From Armatimonadota bacterium (GTDB taxonomy: Bacteria > Armatimonadota > SYMT01): 64,000 nucleotides of DNA. A program made the translations under genes and the position numbers. Under the pieces are notes generated by a model. The model was not told where the DNA came from and searched no databases. It saw nothing but the letters and a program-made list of their open reading frames with translations. The DNA lies in NCBI GenBank assembly GCA_046292385.1, contig JBKBRF010000004.1:96001-160000 (forward strand), written 5' to 3'. Positions 50,970 to 60,696 of this stretch are shown here, piece after piece; the stretch's first letter is position 1, and each line of letters starts with the position of its first letter.

Positions 50970-53123
50970 CTACGATCTTCTCCCGAACGCCTGGGCCAGC
51001 ATCGTCTCGATCGCCATCAGGGCGAGCGCGGCGATCAGCAGGTGACGCCACAGCTCGATCCCCTGGCGGCTCCGCGTCAGCTCCGTGAGAAGGTTGTCGT
51101 TCAGGCTGATCCAGGTCAGCTCTCGCACCGGCAGCAGCTTCCGGACCGCGGCTTCATCGAGGCCGCGGAGGTCGGCTTCCGCCGGATCCCGGTTTACCGC
51201 AAAGAGGTCTTCGCTGCCGCCGGCGGAGGCCAGCCGGTAGAATCCCGCCGCCTTCGTGGAGGGCACCGTCACCACGGCGCCGCGCTCGTCGACCACCGGC
51301 TTCAGCGTCGTCTTCTGTCCTTTCGGACTGATCGCGGTGACGCGCTCTCCTGCTTCGGAGAGCGGCAGCGGCTTCACCAGCGGCTCCCCCAGCCGTCCGT
51401 TGCGGGTGCCGTCCGCGCTGCTCGCCAGGTAGGCGATGAGCTGATGCACCATCGGCAGGAACGCGGGCCGCAGCGGGAGCGTGTTCCACTCCGTGTTCGC
51501 CGTGCTCGCCACCAGGATCACGCGCCCCAGCCCGAACTCCTTCTCCACGATTGCCGGCGCGCCGTTGCTGAAGCGGGCCATCACCTGGACCGACTTGTCG
51601 CCTTCCTTCGGAGTGAGCCGGAAATAGCGGGAGAAGTCGGCGGTATTCAGGTCGACGTCCTGCGCGCCGCGGAACCGCTGCAGGGCGGGGTGCTCCACGC
51701 TGGCGGGGTCGAGGAACGCCTTCTCGGTCCCAACGCCGGAGAGGCGGGCCGGCAGCAGGCTCGGCTGCGCCTCGTAGAGGTCCCGATTGTAAAGGCTGGC
51801 GTTCACCCGGCTGCCGAGGAAGATCACCGCGCCGCCGCCGTTCTGTACGAACTCCGCCAGCAGGCGGCGGTCGCCCTCGCCGAGGGTCGCCACGTCGGAG
51901 AGCGCCACCACGTCGTAGCCGCGCACGTTCTCGCCGCCGAAGGTGCTGCCGGTGATCACCCGCGGCTCCAGCGGCGTCGCCTCCTGGCCGGGGGAGGTGA
52001 GCGGCGGTGCGAGCGCGAGCTGCAGGAAGAAAGCGCCGTCCTTCTGGGGCGTCTGCGGGTTGGGCCGACCGTTCAGCACCAGCACCTTCACGTTCTGCCG
52101 CACCGGGAGCGCCAGGTAGCCGCGGTCGTCCGCCGGGAGGCGGTCTTCCGAGATCCGGACCGTACAGGCCCGCACGCCCGGACGGTCGAAGATCTGGTTG
52201 AAGGTGACGAGGGTGCCCTGGCCCGGCTCCACGTCGATCCGCTGCGTCGATCCCTGCGCCTGGCCGTCGACCTCCAGCGTCACCAGCAGCCCGCGGGCCG
52301 CCTGGGTGCCGCGGTTGATGACGCGGGCCTGGATCCGCGCGGAGGAGCGGGCGGTCGCCAGCCCCCGCGCCGCCTGGACCCACTCCACGGCCAGGTTCGA
52401 GGCGCGCGGCTCGCGCGCCGGCAGCATCACGAGGCGCGCGGCCTTCGCCAGCGACTCCCACGCGGCGGGGTCGCGTCCCTTGCCGTCGAAGCCGAGCGCC
52501 TGGTTATCGCTGATCAGGAAGACCTCGCGATTGACGAAGCGCGACTCGTTCAGCACCTCGACCGCCAGGCGCGCCGCGCCGCCGAAGTTGGTGCCGGCGT
52601 CGGAAAGCGCCACGCCCTTCCGCAGCACCTCCGTGACCGTGTTCAGGTCGAGGCTGGGCTGGCGGATCAGCGCCCGGGGCGGCTCTGAGGCGAGGATGAC
52701 GCTGACGCCGTCGCCCTGCCGGAGCCCCCGCTGCACCAGGTCGAGCGCCCGGTCGCGGGCGCGGTCGAAGACCGTCTCGGCGCGCCCTACCGACGGGCGG
52801 TAGCCCATGCTGTAGGAGTTGTCCAGGATGATGACCGCGTGGACCTGCCCCCGCTGGCTCGCTACCGGGACCCCGCCCATCCGCACGATGGGGCGGCAGA
52901 GAGCGAGCACGACCAGCGCGATGATGAGGCAGCGGATCAGGAGGAGCAGGAGTTGCTCGATCATCAGGCGCCGGCTGCGGTTCCGCTGGCTCTGGCGCAG
53001 GAACTCCATCGCCCCCCACCGCACCACGCGGAAGCGCTTCCGCTGGAGCAGGTGGATGATGATCGGAATGCTGACCAGCGCGAGCGCGCCGAGCAGACCG
53101 CTGTTGATGAAAGAGAGTCCCAT
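50970..53123 (-). CDS. BatA (aerotolerance regulator N-terminal) + VWA domain protein
   Basis: PIIIHLL.R.R...V.W.AM.FL, LARP-like LCRP, MIDAS DNSYSM, LISD.Q, C-terminal TM. Confidence 0.9.
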   Translation of the reverse strand: MGLSFINSGLLGALALVSIPIIIHLLQRKRFRVVRWGAMEFLRQSQRNRSRRLMIEQLLLLLIRCLIIALVVLALCRPIVRMGGVPVASQRGQVHAVIILDNSYSMGYRPSVGRAETVFDRARDRALDLVQRGLRQGDGVSVILASEPPRALIRQPSLDLNTVTEVLRKGVALSDAGTNFGGAARLAVEVLNESRFVNREVFLISDNQALGFDGKGRDPAAWESLAKAARLVMLPAREPRASNLAVEWVQAARGLATARSSARIQARVINRGTQAARGLLVTLEVDGQAQGSTQRIDVEPGQGTLVTFNQIFDRPGVRACTVRISEDRLPADDRGYLALPVRQNVKVLVLNGRPNPQTPQKDGAFFLQLALAPPLTSPGQEATPLEPRVITGSTFGGENVRGYDVVALSDVATLGEGDRRLLAEFVQNGGGAVIFLGSRVNASLYNRDLYEAQPSLLPARLSGVGTEKAFLDPASVEHPALQRFRGAQDVDLNTADFSRYFRLTPKEGDKSVQVMARFSNGAPAIVEKEFGLGRVILVASTANTEWNTLPLRPAFLPMVHQLIAYLASSADGTRNGRLGEPLVKPLPLSEAGERVTAISPKGQKTTLKPVVDERGAVVTVPSTKAAGFYRLASAGGSEDLFAVNRDPAEADLRGLDEAAVRKLLPVRELTWISLNDNLLTELTRSRQGIELWRHLLIAALALMAIETMLAQAFGRRS

Positions 53124-53137
53124 GCCCGAAAAACTGC

Positions 53138-54040
53138 TCAGGTGCGGCGCATGCGCCCGGCGAGATAGCGCGAGAGCCCGTCCGCCGGGTTTTCAGAGGT
53201 CAAAAGCCGCACCACGTCTACCTGGATCTCCCGGCAGCCGCGCTCCAGCTCGGTACAGAACTCCTGGAACTGGCGGAGGTACTCCTCGCGGATGCCGCGC
53301 GGGTCTACCAGCAGCTCCGGCTCCAGCTCCAACCCCTCGAACTTGGTCAGCTCGTCGAACGGGAACTCCACCTCGTCATCGTCCAGCACGTGAAAGACGA
53401 TCACTTCGTGCTTGCGGTAGCGGAAGTGCCGGAGTCCCTCCAGCACGTCGCGCACGTCGCCGAACAGATCTGAGAAGACGACGACCAGTCCTCGCCGCTT
53501 CAACTGCTCCGCGATCTGGTGGAAGGTGGGGGCGAGCTCCGTCTTGGGACGCGACTCGGCAGTCGCCAGCGCCTCCAGCATCTGGGTAAAGTGGCTGCCG
53601 GTCGCCTTGGGTGGGATCGTGGTCCGCACCCCTTCGTCGAAGAGCACCAGGCCCGCGGCATCCCGCTGCTGCATCAGCAGCGACGAGAACGCGGCGGCGG
53701 CGACGGAGGCGTACTCCAGCTTGTCGAGCTTGCGGTTCTTCCCGCGGTAGCGCATCGACTCGCTGGTGTCGACCATCAGCACCGCCTTCAGGTTCGTCTC
53801 TTCCTCGTACTCCTTCACGTAGTAGCGGTCGGAGCGCGCCAGGACCCGCCAGTCGATGTACCGGATCTCGTCTCCGGGCGTGTACTCGCGGTGCTGGGCA
53901 AACTCCACGCTGAAGCCGTGGTAGGGGCTCTTGTGGAGACCCGAGATGACGCCCTCCACCACCTCGCGCGCGTGGAACTCGAGGCGCGAGACGGCGCCCA
54001 GGACTTTCGGATCACCGAGTTGCTGCTGGGTGAGGGGCAT
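53138..54040 (-). CDS. DUF58 family protein
   Basis: GLHKSPYHGFSVEFAQHREY.PGD, IDWR..AR, VKEYEEETN, DTSESM, FSD. Confidence 0.93.
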   Translation of the reverse strand: MPLTQQQLGDPKVLGAVSRLEFHAREVVEGVISGLHKSPYHGFSVEFAQHREYTPGDEIRYIDWRVLARSDRYYVKEYEEETNLKAVLMVDTSESMRYRGKNRKLDKLEYASVAAAAFSSLLMQQRDAAGLVLFDEGVRTTIPPKATGSHFTQMLEALATAESRPKTELAPTFHQIAEQLKRRGLVVVFSDLFGDVRDVLEGLRHFRYRKHEVIVFHVLDDDEVEFPFDELTKFEGLELEPELLVDPRGIREEYLRQFQEFCTELERGCREIQVDVVRLLTSENPADGLSRYLAGRMRRT

Positions 54041-54044
54041 CGGT

Positions 54045-55097
<1,053 letters not shown>

Positions 55098-55115
55098 ATT
55101 CAGCTCCGAGAGTGA

Positions 55116-55232
55116 TCTAGGGTCTAGCGTCCAGGGTCGAGTGGCTACGGTGGGGGGTTAGAGGTAGGTGTGTGTGCACGGCGAACCCGCCCCCACAGAC
55201 CTAAACCCTACACCCTAGACCCTAGACCCTAA
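55116..55232. repeat. Inverted heptamer-repeat element
   Basis: TAGGGTC-like units on the left, (GACCCTA/CACCCTA)n on the right. Confidence 0.65.
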
Positions 55233-55236
55233 CTAA

Positions 55237-56355
55237 CTACAGTGATTGCTTGCAGTTCGCGAGGGAGATGAGCGAGTAGCCGGTCGACAGCTCGGCGCGG
55301 TTCTCCCACCAGCGCGGGTTCTGGTTGACCCAGGAGCCGTCCGGCCGCTGCCGGCGCACGATGGCGGCCGACACCTCCTGCGCCCACGGATGCTTCTTCC
55401 CACGCGAGTCGGTAACTACCTTCTGACCCCAGACATTCAACGTCTTCGTCATCGTGTGGTAGTAGTAGTAAAGCCCGTCGTCCTTCATGCGCGGGTTCTG
55501 CTCCACGTCCCAGTTCGCTCGCAGCCAGCTCCACGCCGCCTGCACGCGGGGATCGGTCTTGGAGACGTTGGCGTAGAGGTAGCTCTTCAGCCCGGCGTAG
55601 GTCATGCTGCCGTAAGAGCTGTGCGGCTGCTTGGTGTACTCGTCCGCCTTGCTCTCCCCACTGGAGGCGTAGACGAAGCCGCCGTCGTTCCCCGCCCACT
55701 GCTGATCGTTGCTCTCGGAGCGGTTCTGGCACCGCTGCAGGAACAGGATCGCCTTCTGGAAGACCTCGGAGTTCCGCGGGTAACCGGACTCCTTCAGCGC
55801 CTCCAGCGCGTTCTGCAGGTTGGAGACGTCCGGGTTGTCCGCGCGGGAGCCGTACCCGATGCCGCCGTACTGCGAGTCCTTCCGCGTGTAGCCCTCGCCT
55901 TCGTCGAACTGCGACTTCGCCAGGAACGCCTGCGCCTTGCGGATCGTCTCGCGGTGGGCCGGGTTCCGGGTGAGGTGCAGCGCGGTCAAGGCGAGCGCCG
56001 TGTTGTAGTTCGGAAGCCGCTGCGCCGGTCCGAACTGGTCGGTATAGATGGCGCCGTCCGGCTTGGCCAGGCCGGCCAGGTACTTCACCGCCTTCGCCAC
56101 CGCGGGGTCCTTTTCGGTGACGCCGTTCCGCAGGAAGCCGATCAGGCAGACCGCCGTGATGCCGGGGTACTGGCCCCAGGAGCCGTCCTGTCCCTGTTTC
56201 TGACGCAGGAACGCCAGTCCTTTACGGACCGCCTGCGCGTTCCGCTGGGAGACCGCCGCGCCGGCCGGAGCCGACTGCGCGGAGGCCGCGGAGAGCGGCA
56301 TGGAGATCGCCACGGCGCTGCAGCCGAGCGCTATCAGGGAGAAGAGACGAAGCAT
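55237..56355 (-). CDS. Prenyltransferase/squalene-oxidase-repeat (alpha6/alpha6 barrel) secreted protein
   Basis: Signal peptide from ATG 56355. FL...Q..DGSW repeats, FLQRCQN, YGSMTYAGLKS. Confidence 0.85.
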   Translation of the reverse strand: MLRLFSLIALGCSAVAISMPLSAASAQSAPAGAAVSQRNAQAVRKGLAFLRQKQGQDGSWGQYPGITAVCLIGFLRNGVTEKDPAVAKAVKYLAGLAKPDGAIYTDQFGPAQRLPNYNTALALTALHLTRNPAHRETIRKAQAFLAKSQFDEGEGYTRKDSQYGGIGYGSRADNPDVSNLQNALEALKESGYPRNSEVFQKAILFLQRCQNRSESNDQQWAGNDGGFVYASSGESKADEYTKQPHSSYGSMTYAGLKSYLYANVSKTDPRVQAAWSWLRANWDVEQNPRMKDDGLYYYYHTMTKTLNVWGQKVVTDSRGKKHPWAQEVSAAIVRRQRPDGSWVNQNPRWWENRAELSTGYSLISLANCKQSL

Positions 56356-56359
56356 GGGA

Positions 56360-57190
56360 TCAGTCCTTCGATAGTTGACGGGTGACCCGCCAGAGGCAGA
56401 GCGCCGCGAGGGCTCCGTACACCCCTGCGGTCTGCCAGACGGGTGGATAGACGTAGAAATACTCATTCGCGCTCAGATGGCGGTAGAGCCAGCCGAAGCG
56501 GAGCACGTCGGTCTCGAGCGCGCTGCCGACCGCCGTGACCGGGTTCGGGAGCAGGGCCCAGTTGATCCAGCGCTCCGGAGTTTCCATTTGACGGTAGAAC
56601 GGCTCCAGACCTGCGAGCGCCAGGATCGCCGCCGCCAGTATTAGGAGTGCCAGCGGCACCGCCAGCGCCGGATACCGCACGCGGCTGGTGAGCCAGAGCC
56701 CCAGCGCCGCGAAGGCGGCACTCTGGACCAGCAGCAGCAGGTGCGCCTGGATCGTGCCGAAGACCGGAAGCTCGTAACCGCCCAGGGCCACCGCCAGCGC
56801 CACTCCCAGTGAGAGGGCCAGCAGCGCGGTCACCGGATAGAGCACCGCGGCGAGCGCGCCGGCGGTGATCGTGAGCGGGGAGAGCCGCGTCCGGCGGTAC
56901 TCCTCCAGGTGGCCGTCCCGCTCCAGCCGGCGCCAGAGCAGCGCCCCGCGCACCGCCGCCCAGGGGAGCGCGATCACGGTTTCCGCCACCAGCGACATGC
57001 CGATCCAGCGGTCGAGCATCCGGGGCCGCAGGAAGGCGTACTCCGCCATCTCAAGCCAGTAACGCTGCAGCGCCGCGCCCGCGGCGCCCGCCACGAAGAG
57101 CAGCAGCAGGACCGCCCACGCACGGCCGCTGCTTCGCCCCAGCCGGGACGCGTGCCGTGCTACCGGGTTGTCCCAGATGCGTGCCGCCAT
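56360..57190 (-). CDS. ABC-2 permease-like membrane protein
   Basis: NPV..R N-terminus, ER..G.LE....T.LS motif, about 6 TM segments, NP motif. Confidence 0.7.
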   Translation of the reverse strand: MAARIWDNPVARHASRLGRSSGRAWAVLLLLFVAGAAGAALQRYWLEMAEYAFLRPRMLDRWIGMSLVAETVIALPWAAVRGALLWRRLERDGHLEEYRRTRLSPLTITAGALAAVLYPVTALLALSLGVALAVALGGYELPVFGTIQAHLLLLVQSAAFAALGLWLTSRVRYPALAVPLALLILAAAILALAGLEPFYRQMETPERWINWALLPNPVTAVGSALETDVLRFGWLYRHLSANEYFYVYPPVWQTAGVYGALAALCLWRVTRQLSKD

Positions 57191-57292
57191 GACGTGCAGT
57201 CGAGTTACTCTCCGGTTCGGATAGGAAAAGCCGTGCCAGTTACCGCGTTAGACGAGCCCGGGCACAGGTGAGAAGCAGAGAAAACAAGGAGA

Positions 57293-58114
57293 TTACCGGC
57301 TCCCGCTCGCCGTCTTCGCGGCGCCCGCGGGCCGGGGCGCAAACGTCACGGTCACCGGAGTCTCGAATTTGGGGCAGATCCGCTCGTTCACCTTGTAGAG
57401 CGAGTCGTCCGTCCCTCCCGGCAGCCCGTTGTTCACGATCGCCGCCGGGTCCCGGTAGGTCGCGATCAGCGAGAGCTCCTCATCCGCCACGAACTGCCCG
57501 TCCCGCACGATGGAGCCGCTGAAGATCCACGGCCCGCGCTGCAGCGGCCGCTTTCGCTCCAGGTCCCAGACCAGGTCTTCCGCGTGCACCTTCACGCTGC
57601 GCCCGTCTCGCTTCCAGGAGACGAAGACGTCGACCGGCGAGCCCTGCGGCGGCTTCTCGTCGCCCTGCACGTCGATCCCGCCCTTCGGCTCCAGCCCGAG
57701 CAGGATCAGGCCGATCTGCAGGTGGAGCGGCCGCACGTCGAGCGAGAGCACGCTTTCGTGGAGCTTGCCGCCGGGCGCCACCGCCAGGTACTCGATGGTG
57801 CTCCGGTCCATGTTCACCTTGCCGCTGCAGGTAGCGGTGCGGCTCTTCAGGTCGACCTTCAGCTTGCCCACCTGGTAGAGGTCGTCCCCGATCTTCCGCG
57901 CGGGCGACTCTTCGGCTCCGGGAGCGCTCGTCACGGCGGCGGCCATTCCGGACCCAAAGCACGGCGGCCGGTTGAACGCCGAGACCCCGAGGAGCCCCAC
58001 CACCGCCGCGGTCGCAAGCCACCACCGGGGCGCGGGTAGATAAGGGGCGACTGGAGCGAGTGGGCGGCGAAGCATCGTCATGCGAGCGGAGGAGCCTTTC
58101 GGGTGCTGAGCCAC
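57293..58114 (-). CDS. YdjY-like domain protein
   Basis: EYLAV...GKLHES, P.HL..GL..LGL.P, GSPVDVFVSW, WIFSGS. Start uncertain. Confidence 0.75.
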   Translation of the reverse strand: MAQHPKGSSARMTMLRRPLAPVAPYLPAPRWWLATAAVVGLLGVSAFNRPPCFGSGMAAAVTSAPGAEESPARKIGDDLYQVGKLKVDLKSRTATCSGKVNMDRSTIEYLAVAPGGKLHESVLSLDVRPLHLQIGLILLGLEPKGGIDVQGDEKPPQGSPVDVFVSWKRDGRSVKVHAEDLVWDLERKRPLQRGPWIFSGSIVRDGQFVADEELSLIATYRDPAAIVNNGLPGGTDDSLYKVNERICPKFETPVTVTFAPRPAGAAKTASGSR

Positions 58115-58117
58115 TTT

Positions 58118-59305
58118 TTATTCCCGCATCAGGCGCGTGTCAACCCAATCGGCGTGATCGGCCGCGTCGCCGTTGTCGGCGTAGTCCACCTCCAGGCGCA
58201 GCAGCAGCACTCCCTTGAGCGGCACCTCTACCGGCAGCGGCGCATCGCCGCCGCGCACGATCGGGCTCTCCCAGAGCAGCTTGTCGTCGCCGAACACCCG
58301 GTAGACGACGCTGCCGCCGCGGCCGACCTCATCGTCGATCCCGACGAGCGAGACGAGCTTCGCGAAGCTGCCGTCGAGCGTGTACGTCACCTGGCTGCGG
58401 CTCCGCATCCCGAGCCCGCGGGTGTAGGTGCGCCCCCGGAGACGCAGCGGCCGGCCGGAGGCAGACTGGTTCTGCCGGATGGTGAAGGCACCGTCGAGAT
58501 AGGGGATGGTCCGCGACTCGCTCGGCTCCAGGTCGGAGACGTAGACGAGCTTTCCGTTCCGGACCTCCAGCGCCGTGAGGGAGGCGAGCGGCAGCTCCAG
58601 CTCCGCGCCCCAGTCCAGCTTCACGGTGAGCGACTGCTCCCCGAGCTTGACGAACGTGCCCGTGAGACGGTCTCCGCCCCCAAGGTCGAGCGACAGCACC
58701 ACCCCGGTCCGCGGAGGGGCCGCCGCTTCCGCGCGCGGCGCCAGCGCGATCGCCTGCACGCGCTCGATCGGCACGGGAATCGGGCCGCCGCCCGGGTCGA
58801 TGCTCACCTTATCCGCGGCGATCCCCTGCAGCTCGCCCTGTACGCGGTCGTTCGCGAGGATCACGGTGTCCTTACCCACCGGTCCGGGCAGCGCCGCCTT
58901 CTCCTGCAGCCGAAGCGCGGAGACGCGGGGGAGGGGGATCGTGATCTCGCCCCAGCCGGCCGAAACCTTCACCTGGCGCGCCGCCGGGAACGAGAGCTTT
59001 CCGAAGACCCGGTCGCCGTTCGCCAGGCGGACCGTCGGCGTGATGGTGCGGCCCGCGACCTTCCCGAAGCTGACCTGCACCAGGTCCTTTACGGAGACGG
59101 TCAGCGGCTCTCCCTCGGAGGGGGTGAGCACGATCTGCTCCGCCGTGGCGCCCGGTTTCAGGTCGACGCCCGTGACCGTCTTCCCGTCGGCGAGCAGCAC
59201 CGAGGCGTCTCCCGCCCACGCGGGGCCGGCGAGAAGCGAGCTGAGAAGCAGGATGCCGCCGACGAGAGCGCCGGGCATGCGGGGGGATGTGGGAAGCCTG
59301 AACAA
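58118..59305 (-). CDS. NPCBM/NEW2 domain secreted protein
   Basis: Repeated L.NGD...G motifs. C-terminal YVSDLEP, RGLGMRS, VGIDD, DNGDAADHADW. Start possibly 59278. Confidence 0.85.
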   Translation of the reverse strand: MFRLPTSPRMPGALVGGILLLSSLLAGPAWAGDASVLLADGKTVTGVDLKPGATAEQIVLTPSEGEPLTVSVKDLVQVSFGKVAGRTITPTVRLANGDRVFGKLSFPAARQVKVSAGWGEITIPLPRVSALRLQEKAALPGPVGKDTVILANDRVQGELQGIAADKVSIDPGGGPIPVPIERVQAIALAPRAEAAAPPRTGVVLSLDLGGGDRLTGTFVKLGEQSLTVKLDWGAELELPLASLTALEVRNGKLVYVSDLEPSESRTIPYLDGAFTIRQNQSASGRPLRLRGRTYTRGLGMRSRSQVTYTLDGSFAKLVSLVGIDDEVGRGGSVVYRVFGDDKLLWESPIVRGGDAPLPVEVPLKGVLLLRLEVDYADNGDAADHADWVDTRLMRE

Positions 59306-59334
59306 CTGAACCGCCTTTATTGCTTCCGGTCTGT

Positions 59335-59422
59335 TTTCAAGTTCCAGGTCGACAGGTTTCAGGTTCCGAGCCCCGCCTCCGGCGGCCCCAACCTGCAGCC
59401 TGCTAACGTGCTCACCTGCAAC
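59335..59422. repeat. Degenerate inverted 7-8-nt repeat element
   Basis: CAGGT(T/C) units on the left, (A/G)CCTGC units on the right, just after a stop codon. Confidence 0.45.
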
Positions 59423-59430
59423 ACGACCGG

Positions 59431-60579
59431 CTATTTCTGGTAGATCGGGAGGAGCGCGGCCGGAACCTGGAGCGCCAGGACCCCCATCGCGGTGGCGTAG
59501 GCATAGCCCGGGCCGTCATACCAGCTTCCGTCCGGCCGCTGGGTGGAGACGAGGTGGTCCGCCAGCTTGGGGAACCAGTAGCGCCAGTACTTATCGCCCG
59601 CCTGGTACATCGCCTGGGTGCAGTAATAGTGGGCGTAAAAGGTGTGCCCGTCCCGGGTGGTGGGGCTGCGAGCCATCAGGTAGGAGAGGCCGCGCTTGCA
59701 CTCCGGCGCGTTCCGCTCGCCCATCACGATCAGCGAGAGCACGCCGGCGCCGGTTCGCGCCAGGCCGGAGCCCTTCTGGTTGGTCATGTAGCTGAAGCCG
59801 CCGTCGTCGTTGTTCTGGCAGCGCTTCACGTATTCGATCGCGCGGGCGGTGGTGTCCTTGGGCACCCGCACGCCGGCGTTGGCGGCCGCCCGCAGCGCCA
59901 TGATCTGGCAGATCACCACGCTGATGTCGGCATCCGCCACGCGCGGCTGGTAGCGCCAGCCGCCTTCCGCGTTCTGCGTGCGGAGGATCAGCGCCACCGC
60001 GTTCTCCAGCTTGTCCCGCAGGTCGCCGCGGCGGGTCATGCCGTACAGCTCCGCCAGGGCGAGCGTGGCGAAGCCGTGCCCGTACATCGGGGGACCCGCC
60101 TGGGCCTGCGCATTGAAGATCAGCCCGGTCCGCTGCGCGTTATTGGCGAGGTAGTCGGCCGCCTTCCGGAGCACCTGCCCGTAGGGCCCGCGGTCCGGCT
60201 GGTGCCCCGCAGCCATGAAGGCGAGGGAGCAGAGCCCGACGATCCCGACGTCCGAGCTGTAGCGGGAGTCGCCCCAGGAGCCGTCGGCGTTCTGCTGCTC
60301 CGCCAGGTACTTGAGCGCCTTCTTTGCCGCCGCCTCGGTCTTCGGCGTGCCGAGATACTCCCGCGCTTCGGCGTCGAGCCCGCCCCGTTCCTGCAGCGTA
60401 AAGCCGCTCCCGGAGATGTTCTTCCCGGAGCCGGCCTTCGGCTTGGGCGCCGGCTTCTGGGCCGGCTTGCGCTGCGCGAACGAGCTCGCCCCCGCCAGCA
60501 GCGAAGCCGCCGCAAAGCCCGCGATGAGGAGTGTGCCGATCCCTCGCTGTGCCATCTTCCCGTTTCGTCTCATCCGCAC
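59431..60579 (-). CDS. Prenyltransferase/squalene-oxidase-repeat secreted protein
   Basis: YLAEQQNADGSW, MYGHGFATLALAELYG, QNAEGGWRYQP, ADISV, YAHYY..QAMYQAG, QRPDGSW. Confidence 0.88.
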   Translation of the reverse strand: MRMRRNGKMAQRGIGTLLIAGFAAASLLAGASSFAQRKPAQKPAPKPKAGSGKNISGSGFTLQERGGLDAEAREYLGTPKTEAAAKKALKYLAEQQNADGSWGDSRYSSDVGIVGLCSLAFMAAGHQPDRGPYGQVLRKAADYLANNAQRTGLIFNAQAQAGPPMYGHGFATLALAELYGMTRRGDLRDKLENAVALILRTQNAEGGWRYQPRVADADISVVICQIMALRAAANAGVRVPKDTTARAIEYVKRCQNNDDGGFSYMTNQKGSGLARTGAGVLSLIVMGERNAPECKRGLSYLMARSPTTRDGHTFYAHYYCTQAMYQAGDKYWRYWFPKLADHLVSTQRPDGSWYDGPGYAYATAMGVLALQVPAALLPIYQK

Positions 60580-60654
60580 GCCTGCGCGCCAAATCCCATG
60601 TCTGCCCAGGATCAGGAGTAGCTGCAGCCGGGGCGCGCCCCGCCTTCGGACCAG

Positions 60655-60682
60655 CTACACCCTACACCCTACACCCTACACC
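60655..60682. repeat. Heptamer tandem repeat (CTACACC)4
   Basis: Four perfect copies 14 bp beyond a minus-strand stop codon. Confidence 0.85.
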
Positions 60683-60696
60683 CCGGGGCGAAGCCC

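Noticed and set aside
55237..60579. Squalene-hopene cyclase or terpene biosynthetic cluster
   Set aside because: The proteins are single-barrel length, carry signal peptides, lack DxDD, and have no hpn genes nearby.
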